Shown piece after piece: positions 15,832 through 28,289 of a stretch of 64,000 nucleotides of DNA (the first letter of the stretch is position 1; the number at the start of each line of letters is the position of its first letter). The notes under the pieces are model-generated. The model was not told the DNA's origin. It searched no databases and saw only the letters and a program-made list of their open reading frames with translations. This DNA is from Amoeboaphelidium protococcarum X5. Taxonomy: Eukaryota > Fungi > Aphelidiomycota. The DNA is taken from NCBI GenBank assembly GCA_023515725.1, contig JALDTO010000162.1, positions 45,983 through 109,982 on the forward strand, given 5' to 3'. Both the position numbers and the translations under genes were made by a program.

Positions 15832-16079
15832 TCACTTTGGTAATAATGAAAGATTAATCAGTTTCGACTTTATTATTATGTAATTATTTCTTTTACTGAA
15901 TCTAATCGATTAGTTTTGAGGAAAATGACTGAGCGATGTCTGCGTGTGTCTCCCTCCCTCTCTTTTTCCCTGTCTGTCAGTAGAAATAGATGAGATTGAC
16001 GATTTTCATTTTTCTCACTTGCTTCATTTCTCTTCATTATCATCATTGCTCCCTCCCATTTGTACATGCATGATCCATC

Positions 16080-16413
16080 ATGTCTGAAAGTTAGAATTAG
16101 AAATTGGGGGAAATATCTAGTACATAATAATAATAGTAGCAGTCACAGTAAAAGTAGTCACTTAATGCAGATGCCACTTCAGAATAAAAGAGTAGTAAAA
16201 GTAAGCATAGACGAAGGAAGAAAAAGAAGAAGCAGCCTCAACCTCTGCACAATGATAATTTGAATGACACTGATAGAAGTAAAAACGTGAATTAAAATTT
16301 TTAATAAAATGCTCAATAAAAGACTGATCAGGTGGAGAGTAGAGTCAAAGATATGAATTTGAATGATGATGGCGGCCGTGTGAAGAGAGATTAAAGACCA
16401 AAGAGCACACCGC

Positions 16414-16453
<40 letters not shown>

Positions 16454-17696
16454 GTAGAATATGAATGTAATAAGCCCCACTACCGCCAGATGGTAGTTGC
16501 CAGATGTATAAAAGAGTACTTGGAATAATTTTAATGCTGGATGGTCTCATGTCAAGAGTAGTTCTACTGCTGAGAATAAATAGGCTGTTATCACTTAATC
16601 GTACGCGTCATCTCCCTATTAGACCTCACCTCAAAGCTTCGCTCATTAAACTACTGGTTAGGCGTAATACTTGGGCTGGAATGTTGCCCCGTCAGAGTAT
16701 AGACCGTCTCAGCTGTAGTAGATGTAATACAGTCAGTAATCATCATCATCATCATCATAGAATCCTTAAATTATGGATCCTAATATATTTGACTCTGCTC
16801 TGCGGGATATAAATTAAAAAAAGACCAGTCTAGCTGTATCATCACAGTTTAGGAGTATTGAAAAGTTTCTTAAGCATTCTCTCATACCAATGAATGAGGA
16901 GTTCTGTTATAGACGCGGTGATTACTCTTACATTTCACCTGGCACTATCAAGGATATCTATCTCATCCATCCTGGCTCTCTATTAATTGATCATGATGTT
17001 AATCAAATCGGAGATGTTAGTGGATAATCAATTTTGGCGTCTGTGATGGCTATCAGAGATGTGGCTCTTATCACTGGAAATTTGTATGTTTATCAGCCTT
17101 AAATGTCATTGGTAGAGAAGCAGGTAATGTTGGCTTTATCACTCTCTCCCGTTACTGGAACTCCTATTGATGAAATGCTTAGTAATGCATCATCGCTCCC
17201 TTCAAAGTCATTGTACTGGATTAATGGTAAAGATGTGCTTGACATCTCGGAGCGTATTGTCTCTGCCAACTGGGGTCCGTGGGGACTTCATTCTGTTGTG
17301 ATTGCAAGTCAGGATATACGAAAGTTACTTGAGTAGAAATAGAGTGGTGATGGATAAACAGATTAATACGAAAAATTGCAAAAGGTTATAAAGTACGTCG
17401 CGATTGTTCCTATCTCGATGCCTCAGTAATTGTCGCCTTAGCAAGAATATTCAGATACTGTTTATGGCGACCAATCTCAAAGTAGCAATATACAACGATC
17501 GTCAGCTCTTTATACTCCTCCTGCTCTGCTCAACTCGCGTACTCCACGCCGTCTCTCTCAATCCAGCCTTGCATCGATAGGCTCTGTGTGCTTTCACTAT
17601 TTCAACATTGCTCATCTTCACTGTCTGGATAATGATTTCTGGGGATTTGGAACTGATCCTGATGATCCGGTCGATCTTGGTCCTAGTAAAGAATGA
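16080..17696 (+). CDS. Hypothetical protein: Q/N-rich disordered N-terminus plus an unrecognised globular C-terminal domain
   Basis: 538 aa with no in-frame TGA; poly-Q encoded TAA TAA TAA TAG TAG CAG; (AAT)n read as poly-Asn; RRRKKKK NLS-like stretch. Confidence 0.7.
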
Positions 17697-17984
17697 TTAT
17701 CTACAATAAAACACATCTTGTTCATAAATTTTATGTACAAAAAAACTTCTTTTGCTTGATATAATTGATTTTACAAGTGTTTTATTATTAGACCGAGTAT
17801 TGATCAATCAAAGTCGCGTCTGATTGGACTGTACAGTTACATTTAAAACTGAACCAATCAATGCACTCAGGCGATATTGCTGATACCATCTATAGATTCA
17901 TGGATGATCTACTCTTTTCGCTGTTTAATTACTACAGCTGTATTTAATATATACAAATAGCAATATAAAACAATATTATTAAAT

Positions 17985-20900
17985 ATGAATAAAGCTGTTA
18001 AAGAGTTGATGGAATAGCTTGTTTCAGAGCGAGACACTTTGAGATCCCAAACCGTAATGTTGTGGAATGTAGTGTAAGCTCAATATGAAGAAATGAATGA
18101 ATTGAGAGAATCTAATGAGCAAATGCTTAATGATAACGCGGAGCTAAAGAATTAGATTATTGAATTGGAAAGAGTTAAAAATCCTGCGGTGTAGTTATTT
18201 TCTCTGTAAAAGGATTCCTCCACTGGTGATGCTGACGAGTAATCTGTGTTTGATTTGCCCGAGTCTGAAACTGTGTCTGAAATTGGTATTAATCGCACGC
18301 GTGACCATGAGAGGAAACTTTCATTGGATAATTCTAATGATAATAATGACACCGGTATTCCAGAGCGGGCTTCATATACGCCAAAGAGACTCAACACTCG
18401 TGACATGCCCGTCACTGATTTCATTGCTCCTCTGGACCTGAAGCTGTAGTAAAGCGATCGCCAGTAAGATGATGAAGACGCGTCAAATGCTGATGATCGA
18501 CATGAAACAGAAGATTAGGTTGCGCCTCTAAAGTTTAGCTTTGCTCAAGACGGTTTGTAGTCATTGAGCTCTAATGAATAGTCAACGATGAATTCCGTAA
18601 GTGAAGGCAATAACACCAACTCAATGCGATCACGTCCAAAGAAGGCAAAGGGAAAGCCTGGCAATCAGCGAAAGTCTGTTAGAAAGTCTAATCTTAATTC
18701 TTTCATTGGCACTGATAATAAAGTAAATGGTGATCAGAGGGCTGACAGGACATTCTCTTTCGTGCCTGAGATTCCTTTTGATTTCAAGCTTGATCTTGGT
18801 GGATCAGGAGTTGACAAGGAAGTGAGTGAAAGCTCATAAATTGTTGATGAGAAAGGTGAGCCTTCGGATAAGCTGAGCCCTTTGTCTCTTGATAAGGATC
18901 TTCCAGAGGTTTCTTAATCGGGTCCTGCTGATGTGACGGACGATACACGTAACTTGAATCCAATTGGTGATGTTGCTAGTCAGGCTAGTGATGCTCCCTT
19001 GTAAAATCAGGATACAGTTAGTAAGGAGGAAGAGGTAGCCAAGTATGATACTTCTGGAAGTGTGAGAAGTAATGCTGGTCCTTCTCAATTTCCTCAAACT
19101 GTGGAAGAGAGGTTTTTTGCGGTATCTTCTGCTAACGACTTGCGTATTTCAGTATTGTATTCTGCTGTGAGATTGAATGAATTCAATGTTGAGTACACCG
19201 TCTATGTCATTGCTGTAATGGATGGCAAGAGACCGTTGTGGCACGTGTAAAAGCGCTACTCTGACTTTCTAGAGCTGCACAGTCTGGTTAAGTAACATCA
19301 TCCAGAACAAGCAGTGGAAAAAATTGGCCAAGAGCCTTCTCAAAAACTTTTTAGTGGCTAGACAAAGCTGTCTCCTAGTAAGGCTGATAAAAGGCGTATG
19401 GCTCTGGAGATTTATCTTTCTGGGGTCATTAGTGAGACGGGTCATCGCCCTGATGATGTATATGAATTCCTATCTACTGATGTTCTGGAGTTGACTGACA
19501 AGAGCCAAATCCATGTTTTCTCCGACAGTTTGCATGAAGGTTATCTGGCAAAGAAGGGACGCAACTTTGGTTAATGGAAGCGCCGCTACTTTGTGCTCAG
19601 TACAAACCGCTTTGACTACTACGAGAGTCAGGAGCACGCGGCTGCTGTTGCAGACTCCCTGACCTTTAGTGATATGTCTCAGATATTGAAACCTCTTGGA
19701 TCTGTCAATCTGAATGGCGCCAAAGTGGCCCGACAGAAGGATCAGAAATCAGCTGACAAGTCATCGAATGGTCAGTACAGACATGGTTTGCTGATCTCTG
19801 AGAATCCTATATTAGACAAGAATGAAGCATCAGATCATTAGCCAAGGAAGGTAATTTTGTGCGCGGAGAGTGATTTTGAGCGTGATTATTGGGTATACTT
19901 TATCTCTGAATAAATCCAGTTCCTCCGCTCTGGTTTTGCAACTTATGCAATGTATCAAGCTAATCTAAGCTAGAAGTAGCAGTAGAGATCTCAAAGTAAT
20001 TCCATGTCCAGAGGTGCTAAATTAGCTAATCAGTCTTATAGTAATAGCAAGTCCGCTTCCGTTGTTGGCAGTGGCTCTGCAGCTGATGGGAACACTCATA
20101 ATTAAGATAAATCACTAGCTAATGAGATGTAAGAGTAGTTTGAATAAAAGTCCCGTGCATCGCGTCTGGTTGACTGGGCCTCCTCTCAGCTTAAAGGGAA
20201 AGAGCCAATTGCGAGTGATATTAAGCCGCTAAGTCGTAAGAGTCTTTTCGGAGCTCCGCTGAATCTGCCTGAGAACTTTGCCAAAGTCAATGGTGAAGAC
20301 TAGCAGTTGCCATCTGTGCTGTACCGATGTATTGATTATTTGGAGTATAAGAAAGCTTACATGGAGGAGGGTATCTACCGTCTGAGTGGATCTGTATCTG
20401 AGATGAACGAACTGCAGTCGAAATTTGATTCCGAGCGTGATATTGATTTAACTAAGATGAAAACTCAGCCTGATGTACATGTTGTTGCTGGTCTGTTGAA
20501 GCTCTATCTAAGATCAATGCCTACCAGCTTATTGACTCCTGAGCTGCATCGTCAGTTTATGCATGTTACTGACCTGACTCAAGTATCTGATCGCTCCATT
20601 GAGCTGGCACGTCTGGTATCTTTGTTGCCAATGCAAAATTACACTATACTGAGGTTCTTGATTGCTCATTTGATCAATATCGTTCAGCATTCTGATGTCA
20701 ATAAAATGACTGCTCGTAATGTTGGTATTGTCTTTGCCCCAACGATGCACGTCCCTGCTGGTGTATTCATGCTGATGATGGCGGATTTCGAGTTCATCTT
20801 CTGGGTCAATTCAGACAAGGATGGCGATAACAATAAGGCTGAGAGAAACCTGAAAGCGTTGAGTGTCTACAATGCTCCTGAGGAATCACAGTCTGATATT

Positions 20901-21563
20901 GTTTAGGATAGTGAATAGCCGACTGCTGTGGTTCAGGAAAGTGCTTAGGACACTGTGCAATCTGACTCTGGGATCGAAAAGTAATTACAGCAGAGACAGT
21001 CTACACAAGTGAAGGATATCTCTGCTGCTCCTGAGTATGGAACTCTTCTACCCACGTTCGATTTTGGAAGTCGCTCCAACTCCTGGAGATTTAGCTCTCT
21101 TAAGACTGGCGGATCTAACAGGAATAGCAAACTGTATGAAGAATCGGCCAAGAAGGATGTGATTGACAGAGAGAAGTAGATCCTCTAAGACAAGAGACAT
21201 AGTTAGGATTTGCGCAAGTTTGCCAATCTTGATCACGTCTTTAATGAGTTGGACATTAATACGGCTTCTTCAAGGTACAGTGATATTCCATCCAGTGCTC
21301 ATCCGGACGGTGCCGAATCTCCTAGTACCGATTAGTAATTGCAAGTGATTCCTCACATTGAAAAGTTGTCCAACATCATGTGGAAAGCTGGTGATCGTCA
21401 CTCGAGAGTTATATCAGTTTATGATACGTACGCCGATTCTGATGCTTTCGGCAACGATGACTAGTATGAAAGTGATTCTCCTGATACCGCTGATTCTGGT
21501 GCACTTCGATCAGATTTGCACGATGACTCTGATGTTAAAGTATTTGAGGATGATGATATGTGA
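17985..21563 (+). CDS. PX-PH-RhoGAP protein (Bem3-like)
   Basis: PX (WHV(Q)KRYSDFLELH), PH (EGYLAKKGRNFG(Q)WKRRYFVL) and RhoGAP (EEGIYRLSG, VAGLLKLYLR, NKMTARNVGIVFAP); 1192 aa. Confidence 0.88.
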
Positions 21564-21626
21564 AGTGAAAATTTAAAATATTAATAATTTTGAAAGAATA
21601 CAAGATATCTTCTGAAACATCCATCT

Positions 21627-22600
21627 TCACTCTTTACTGTTAGAATATTTCTGAAGCAACTCCAAATACTGAGATCTACATAGTGTCATTAGTTAAGAGT
21701 AAGCTCAAAGACTAATGAATAAATTACGATGATAGTAGTTGAAATAACTAAGGAATTCCCAGCTGTAATTGCTCAACAACCGCCTTATGTAGCGGATTTC
21801 CAGCCAACTTCAACCCATGAGTCTGTATAAAAAATTTGCAATTGGCAAGTCCCATAGGTAGAAACACAAGCTTATTACCTTGTGCATACAAGGCTTTCAA
21901 CTTGGTCAATTTCCCAATCTCCTCAGGCAACGTCGCGATTTTGTTGTCGCGCACGACCAGCGTTTCAAGTTCAGTCAATCGTCCAATTTCAGGTGGTAAC
22001 TTGACCAGTTTATTATCAGAGATATATAATGCTTTCAAAGTACCTACATATATAGATATTGAGATAATGATGTTTAAGATTATGATAAAGATCTAGAAAT
22101 CATACTCAAGTAACCAAAGTTGGATTTAAGCTCTGTCAATTCATTGCAGCTCAGATCAAGCATTTGCAGGTTGGGAATACTACCAAATCCTTATGGCAGC
22201 TCTTTGATCTGATTTACAGCCAAATTAAGAATGCGAAGTTTCGGCAACATATTCACAACATTGGGAGGAAGCTGCTTGATGTTATTACCAAAAAGCGTCA
22301 GAAATTCTAAAGCTTTCATATACTAAATCGCTTCAGGTACATCTACGAGAAATATCACATTATTTCATATCAGCAGATTGGCCTTAATCTTACCAACTAT
22401 TCCATTACCCCCAAGATTGAGTCTCGTCACATACACAAGCTGTTCTACATCACAATCGAATAAAAAGTCAGAGATATACAACGATGAAATTTAGATAACA
22501 TACTTATTTCTTCAGGCACATTTTTGGCACCAGTCTTGAAAAGATCAACCTCTGTGGCACCTTTCTGCCTTGCCTGTTCGATGATATCCTTAACTTTCAT
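21627..22600 (-). CDS. RSU1: Leucine-rich repeat protein, Ras suppressor protein 1 (RSU1)-like; four introns
   Basis: MKVKDIIEQARQKGATEVDL...LPQGFGSIPNLQMLDLSCNEL..NFGYLSTLKALYISDN..LPPEIGRL..RDN..LPEEIGKLTKLKALYAQGNKL is collinear with RSU1. Confidence 0.78.
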
Positions 22601-23337
22601 TGTTCCACTACGAATCCACACTGTTTCAGTCGGTAAAGAAGAGAACTTTCAGGTTGGCAGGTGAAACACTAAATCATGGTGGCTTCATTGACTATCCCTG
22701 CAAGTTCATACTCTGTCACAGACTTTCCAGTATTCTTTTCTATCGGTATAAGAGTATCTTTGACAAAATCATCTGGTTCTAAACGATATACAACATTGCG
22801 TACTTATGGATTTGACTATGAATGAACCACAGAGCACAAAGCCAATCGAGTCGCGAATGTACAAAGCATTTACAAGACATGGAGATTTCGTATCATGTGT
22901 TTCACAATAAACTCCCAGACTTTTAGTATTTAATTTAGTGACTACTTGTGTATCAAAGCATAATCGTAAAAATGTGGTTAAACTTTAATATCGAAGCTTG
23001 GGAGTAGCTGGGATATGCTCATCGACGAAAAATTGGATTCAGTCAAGGTGTATCTGGTGAATAGAATGGAATGAAGATATAAATAAAAGTAGTGCTAAGT
23101 ACTATATTTATGAATTGAAAATCATTGAATTATGATAGTTATACAGCATATTTTCAATAATTTCTATCAGTTTCATGACCGTTTCAGTCTGAGTAAAGGA
23201 GAGTTTCTCATTGTTCTCTATGCAGCCGCGCTGTTCGTGTCTAACTCTATCAATATTCAACCAAAATTTATGATTTTTACACAGATTTTAGATAATTAGA
23301 TAATAACAGGAATATACTTCATCTGAGATATATGCAT
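22597..23337 (-). CDS. Hypothetical spliced gene (5' end uncertain)
   Basis: About 168 codons without TGA (22597-23100) plus two plausible GT-AG introns upstream; no confident family match. Confidence 0.35.
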
Positions 23338-25466
23338 GTTTCGTACACTATGATACTGAGCTTTACACCTAATATCTCATTGTTTGTCATTTACGATCGC
23401 GGCGCTGAAACGGCCGCGAAATCCGTCGCTAAAAATCCAGTGGCTTTCATATGTGAAACGCGAACGACTAGCCGACGTTTTATAATTCATATCTCTTCCC
23501 AACTAAACAATATCAATTGTCGCAACTAACTTCTAAATTATTTATGCTCAATATCTCCTATGCTCTATGTAGTGCTCACACAGTATGCTGGTATATTGGT
23601 CCAAGTTTGGTGAGCTTCTTCGTCTAGAATCATTCGCTTGTCCTATCTCGTCGTCTGAAACAGTCTCGCTGGGCGGCTATGTTGCATCTGGCATTGTCCT
23701 CTACCTAGTCTACTGGTATGGTATACTTCACTCATCATGGTATTGGTCTTAGTTGCAACTCTCTGTCTTCTATCCTGTGCAAGTTACTACTGAGCTTCTT
23801 CGCTACCTATATGCTGTATGGTGTCTGCTGTTACTGCGTATCAAGTACATAAATGCTGCTGAACCATTGTTATCCTCCAACAGCTCCTCATGCTGTATCT
23901 CTATCCTATTCCTCATCTAGTATGCCTGCTCCTCTATGCTCTGTTCCTTGTTGACTATCCTGACTCTTCTGAAGCTACTCAATGGATCGCTAAAGGTAAG
24001 CTTTTCTCTATATCTCTTGTGATCTGTGTAGGGAAGTGAAGGTGGGTCTCTTTTATGGTGTTGCCTCTGGCGTATGAATCATACCTTTAATCTTAGTCTT
24101 ATGTAGTGCCCAGCTGAAAAAAGAATCGTATTACGCAGGCACACCCGGGATGGTAGGAGGGAGCGGTGTGACCTTGCATGTTTATTAGAATAGGAGGTGG
24201 GAGGTAAAAAATAAATGATAAAAAAAGCTAAAAATTTAGAGGGAAAGAGAGGGAGAAAATAAATAAAAGTAAAATTTGCTAATAATGCCCGTCTGGTAGA
24301 TGGGCTGGAGTCCTCATGGTCTCTGATACTTTTGGTTAGATCTGATCTGATATCCATGGCCGTCCAGCGAGTCTTCCCCTTCGTCAGTTGCTACGGTAGT
24401 TGTTTCCATCGCTCCTGTTATCTCGCACCTAGCTTCGTCTACCTCCATGTCCTGGTGCGAAGTCTTTATAACTGACTGGTGCTGATGGTTCTACACATTC
24501 TGCAACTGGCTTTGTTGTTTATGATATTGTCTGTTGGTTCGCTTATCATTGGTTTTTGGCAGTTGGTCATGGATATCAGATCGGATTAGTTGAAGTTTTG
24601 ACGGTTATTGACGTTTATGGTCAGCTGAATACCTTTGATTACCGGTGGCATTACGTTGGTGTTAATGCGGTAATCGTACTTATTTGCTGGCCTCTATCAT
24701 AGTATTTGTCTCTCCTGCCTCTGTATCGAGTATGTCCCAACAGAGGTTCGTCCTGTTACTGTTGGGCCGCTGAACGGTGCTCTGTGCTTATCTACTATAT
24801 ATCCCACGGCATTGTTGTTGGTTGTACCGCACACCTGGACCTTGCCTCGACTTTTGGCTGTACTGCACACCTGGGTCTTCTGTCTTTTCTCTGTCTCCGG
24901 TGCAATCTGACTCTCTCTCTCATCTCATGCACAGCCTATATTTGCATTATAAAAGTAAAATAAATTGGCAGCTGGAATTCTATGTCATTGCTGTTGACCA
25001 CAGTAATGCCATGTTTGCGCAGGCTGACCATAATAATTAAAAATTAAAAAGGGATTACCCCCAATAATAAAAATAGTTAATATGTATTACACATGATCTT
25101 CTTTTAAGCTTGACACTTTTAATATCCTTAAAGCTTTCAATGCTGAACGTCTAAAATCCTGCAAACTGTTCACACGTCACGCAGGCGATTCAAAGCCAAG
25201 GTGACAGTTCTCAAAGCGTCTACAACTCCATTACCATAAAACACATCAAGCCACACATCTATATATCATACTCTTTTCTGACAGAGGCTAAATAGCCATC
25301 AGGTGTCTAAATGGACAAATTCGAGGCTAAAAATACAATATCTAAAATCTGAAGTAAACAAGATAAAGCTCAAGATCTGTATGAAAGCCCTCCAATCTTT
25401 TGGTTCCTTTTCTCTTCAGGAGATTCGCCGCGATAGTACTTTGCACACCGTGATTTAATTTCCAAA

Positions 25467-25895
25467 ATGGGCATAAGACCACAGACAGTACTGAAAGTCA
25501 TCGATAATTCTGGCGCTGCTTACTTAAAGTGTATAACTGTTTTAGGAAAGAAGAAATCAGCTGGCGGTGTTGGTGATATCATTGTGGGATCAGTGAAGCA
25601 TACGCGCGCCCTTGAGGATAACAAGACCAACTCAAAAGTGCAGCGCGTCGGCAGAGGAGAAGTTGTGCGGGCAGTTGTTGTCAGGACGCGTAAAGATTTT
25701 CAACGCGCTGGTGGAAATATATAAGATGGTACCTTTGTGAAATTTGATGATAATGCTTGTGTCCTGGTAGACTATGATAAAAAGAAGAATACAGTGACAC
25801 CTAAAGGCACTAGAATCAATGGTGCGATTGCCAGCGAACTTAGGTAAAAATCGCTACTACAAAAAGTAGTACAACTAGCTCCTTTTACTGTTTGA
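25467..25895 (+). CDS. MRPL38: Mitochondrial ribosomal protein uL14m
   Basis: [55 protein letters not shown]. Confidence 0.9.
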
Positions 25896-25970
25896 TTATA
25901 TTTGAGATATTATAGAATAGTTTCACTTGAAGAGTTTTCATTAATATTTTTTGATTATTTTTTGTATCAT

Positions 25971-27009
25971 TCACGCTGTTACTTGGAACATTTCAATCTA
26001 TGATGTCACGCCTTCTTAAATAATCACCTAGTCTTTTACGTCAAGTTCCACTGCTTTATCATCTGAGCCTAATAAGCTGAGAGAAATGTCACCTGGAATA
26101 AGTAGACTCAAATTGACCGAATTTCCCAAGGCTGCAGCAAAGGCAGAACGCGCCATTTTCTCTGCAAGAGATCTCCTGTTGAAGAAGCTGACAACGCTCT
26201 TAGGCCATCTCACGTACCATCTATTGCCATTAAAATCTGGGTTAGACGGAGCTGAGTGAGAAATGTAGCCAAATTTTAAGCTGCTTGGTTGGTCACGTTG
26301 ACTATCGTAGGACAATTTGCTGGCCTGTTCATTATCCTAAGTAACGGCAGGCTTTTTCCAGCCGAACCATCTTTGAAAGAACCATCTTCGTTCCGGTACC
26401 TTATCAGTTGCAGCAACCTGATTATCTTAAATATCTACAACTATATTGGAGACCGGCTACTTTGAATTTTAAGTGGCGATCAAGAAAGACTTGAAAGCTA
26501 TCCTACCAAGCGCGAGGTAACCATCCACCAAGTTTGCATTTTACTCCTAATCCAGATCCTTCGAAATCAATCTAATTAAAGCCTCAATTGCCACAGGCTC
26601 AGCTTTCAGTTCATAATCAATAGCTCCAGCATCCAGTACAGGCTTGGCGAATTCGCGGAACGCCCACTTCAACTCTTCTAACTCTCTGTACGCGTTATGA
26701 GTCTTAAGATTCGCTGAATTCATTCTTCTACTATTCCGGATCATCCTAAGCTTTATCATTTTATATATCATCGCGTTACACGTCTAAAGATCGCGAGTAC
26801 AGAGTTGGTGCAGCATAGACTATAAGCTTTCGCGGCTTTTCATCCCAGCTCTGAGTGGATTATAAGGCAATCTACTCGGCAGCTAAATTTTGATAATAGG
26901 ACATGATTTAATTAGTTTTGTATCTGTCATACCCGTACAGTGAGCCAATGGACGTGAATACTGTTCCAAATATGGCCTATCCTCGCGATATTTTTGGCAA
27001 CTTTAACAT
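25971..27009 (-). CDS. TIM54: Tim54-like mitochondrial TIM22 complex subunit; reading frame changes near 26680-26800
   Basis: N-half MLKLPKISRG..IFGTVF..SLYGYDR...KPRKLIVYAAP; C-half FREFAKPVLDAGAIDYEL...LGR...FFNRRSLAEK; the two halves lie in different frames. Confidence 0.72.
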
Positions 27010-27103
27010 TTACTCTTACTCTTTTTGTTATTTACTTTGTTAGTGGCTTCTCCTTTTTCAAAGATAGAGAACATTGCGAACGCTGATCTTCAACTGTATT
27101 GCG

Positions 27104-27594
27104 ATGTAGAACGAGGTAAATGTTATATAATGGGAGTTGTTTAACAGTAATAATAGTGACAATTCAATAGAGAAGGTGTAGAAATTTTAAGAAACTCAAA
27201 TTAAAGTGAGGGGCCTGTACAAGTAGATGTAGAGTTGCAAAACTCAGATCTTTAAGCGGGACAGAGAGGCTCGCGCTGATGAACTGGTGCTCAAGTAACT
27301 AGAGGAAATGCATAAGGATACCGTGCAATAAGAGCCTCTGGTTGCTTACAAGGCTGTGGGCAAAGCATTCTTTTGGCAGCCTATAGATGATATTTAGACC
27401 GATTTGTAAAATACTGTGGAGAAGAACAAGCGCGAGGCTAATGTGTTGGAGAGGACCTTGCAGTATTTGGAATCTGACATTCGCGATCAGGAGGTACATC
27501 ACTATTCCATTAACTATTCCATTAAATTTGCATTCACCTCATATCTATCATGTCCATGTAGAGTATTCTATAAGAAATGTTAACCGCGAAATGA
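27104..27594 (+). CDS. PFD1: Prefoldin subunit 1; two inferred introns
   Basis: Coiled-coil protein with AYKAVGKAF and LQYLE motifs; ends SIL(Q)EMLTAK-TGA after splicing. Confidence 0.82.
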
Positions 27595-27659
27595 TAAATC
27601 CTTTGAGATACTATATAATTCTATTAGTTCATGTTCGGTAATGTACAATAATGATACGA

Positions 27660-28064
27660 TCAGATATGTTACAATCGAATCTGCTCCACCAAGGCAGCGA
27701 ATTCACTAAATCCAGAGTTATCACGCTTCAATTATTCAAATTCAGTTTCAAGAATATTAGGATTAGATTCTTGGGTGTTTTTAAGTTTTAACAAATGCTA
27801 TCGAAGCTATCGATCATTTAAAAGTGATTTTACCTACTCATTTTAATCCAGCGCATCACATAACGATTTAGATAAATCATCGGTCTTTGGAGGCAAGCAC
27901 TGGACGCGCTCATCAAGAGACGGCTAAGCAATAGCTTTCACCCGCTGTGTATGAGCCTATAGCTAATGTTTCTTGAAGCAGGTCACTGAGCAATACGGTA
28001 TTTTACATTGAGGACATTTGTATTTAGATTCTTGATAAACGCAGATATCACACTTTTTAGGCAT
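27660..28064 (-). CDS. HIT1: zf-HIT protein (Hit1/ZNHIT3, box C/D snoRNP assembly)
   Basis: [33 protein letters not shown]; C-terminal FSEFA; 134 aa. Confidence 0.82.
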
Positions 28065-28289
28065 TTTCGAACGCGCGTTTCTCTGTCAAATCTAGCGAAG
28101 CGATAAAGAGAAGAGAAATTGATGTGAATACTGTACGTCTCAGTAAATACGCTGTGCATCTCCAACACTGTCAAAGATTAACATTTAGCTCGCATGTTTT
28201 GGCATAGAGAAATGAAAGGACAAAAAAATATCCATTGACAAGCTAATTCATTCATTATAAATTTCACAATCTTAGTTGAAGCGATGTCA

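Noticed and set aside
16414-16453. (TAA)n repeat as a poly-Gln tract or repeat array
   Set aside because: In the gene's frame it reads (AAT)n, i.e. poly-Asn; an ordinary coding microsatellite.
24818-24875. CRISPR-like repeat-spacer unit
   Set aside because: Only two imperfect copies with a 14-nt spacer, in a eukaryotic context with no cas genes.
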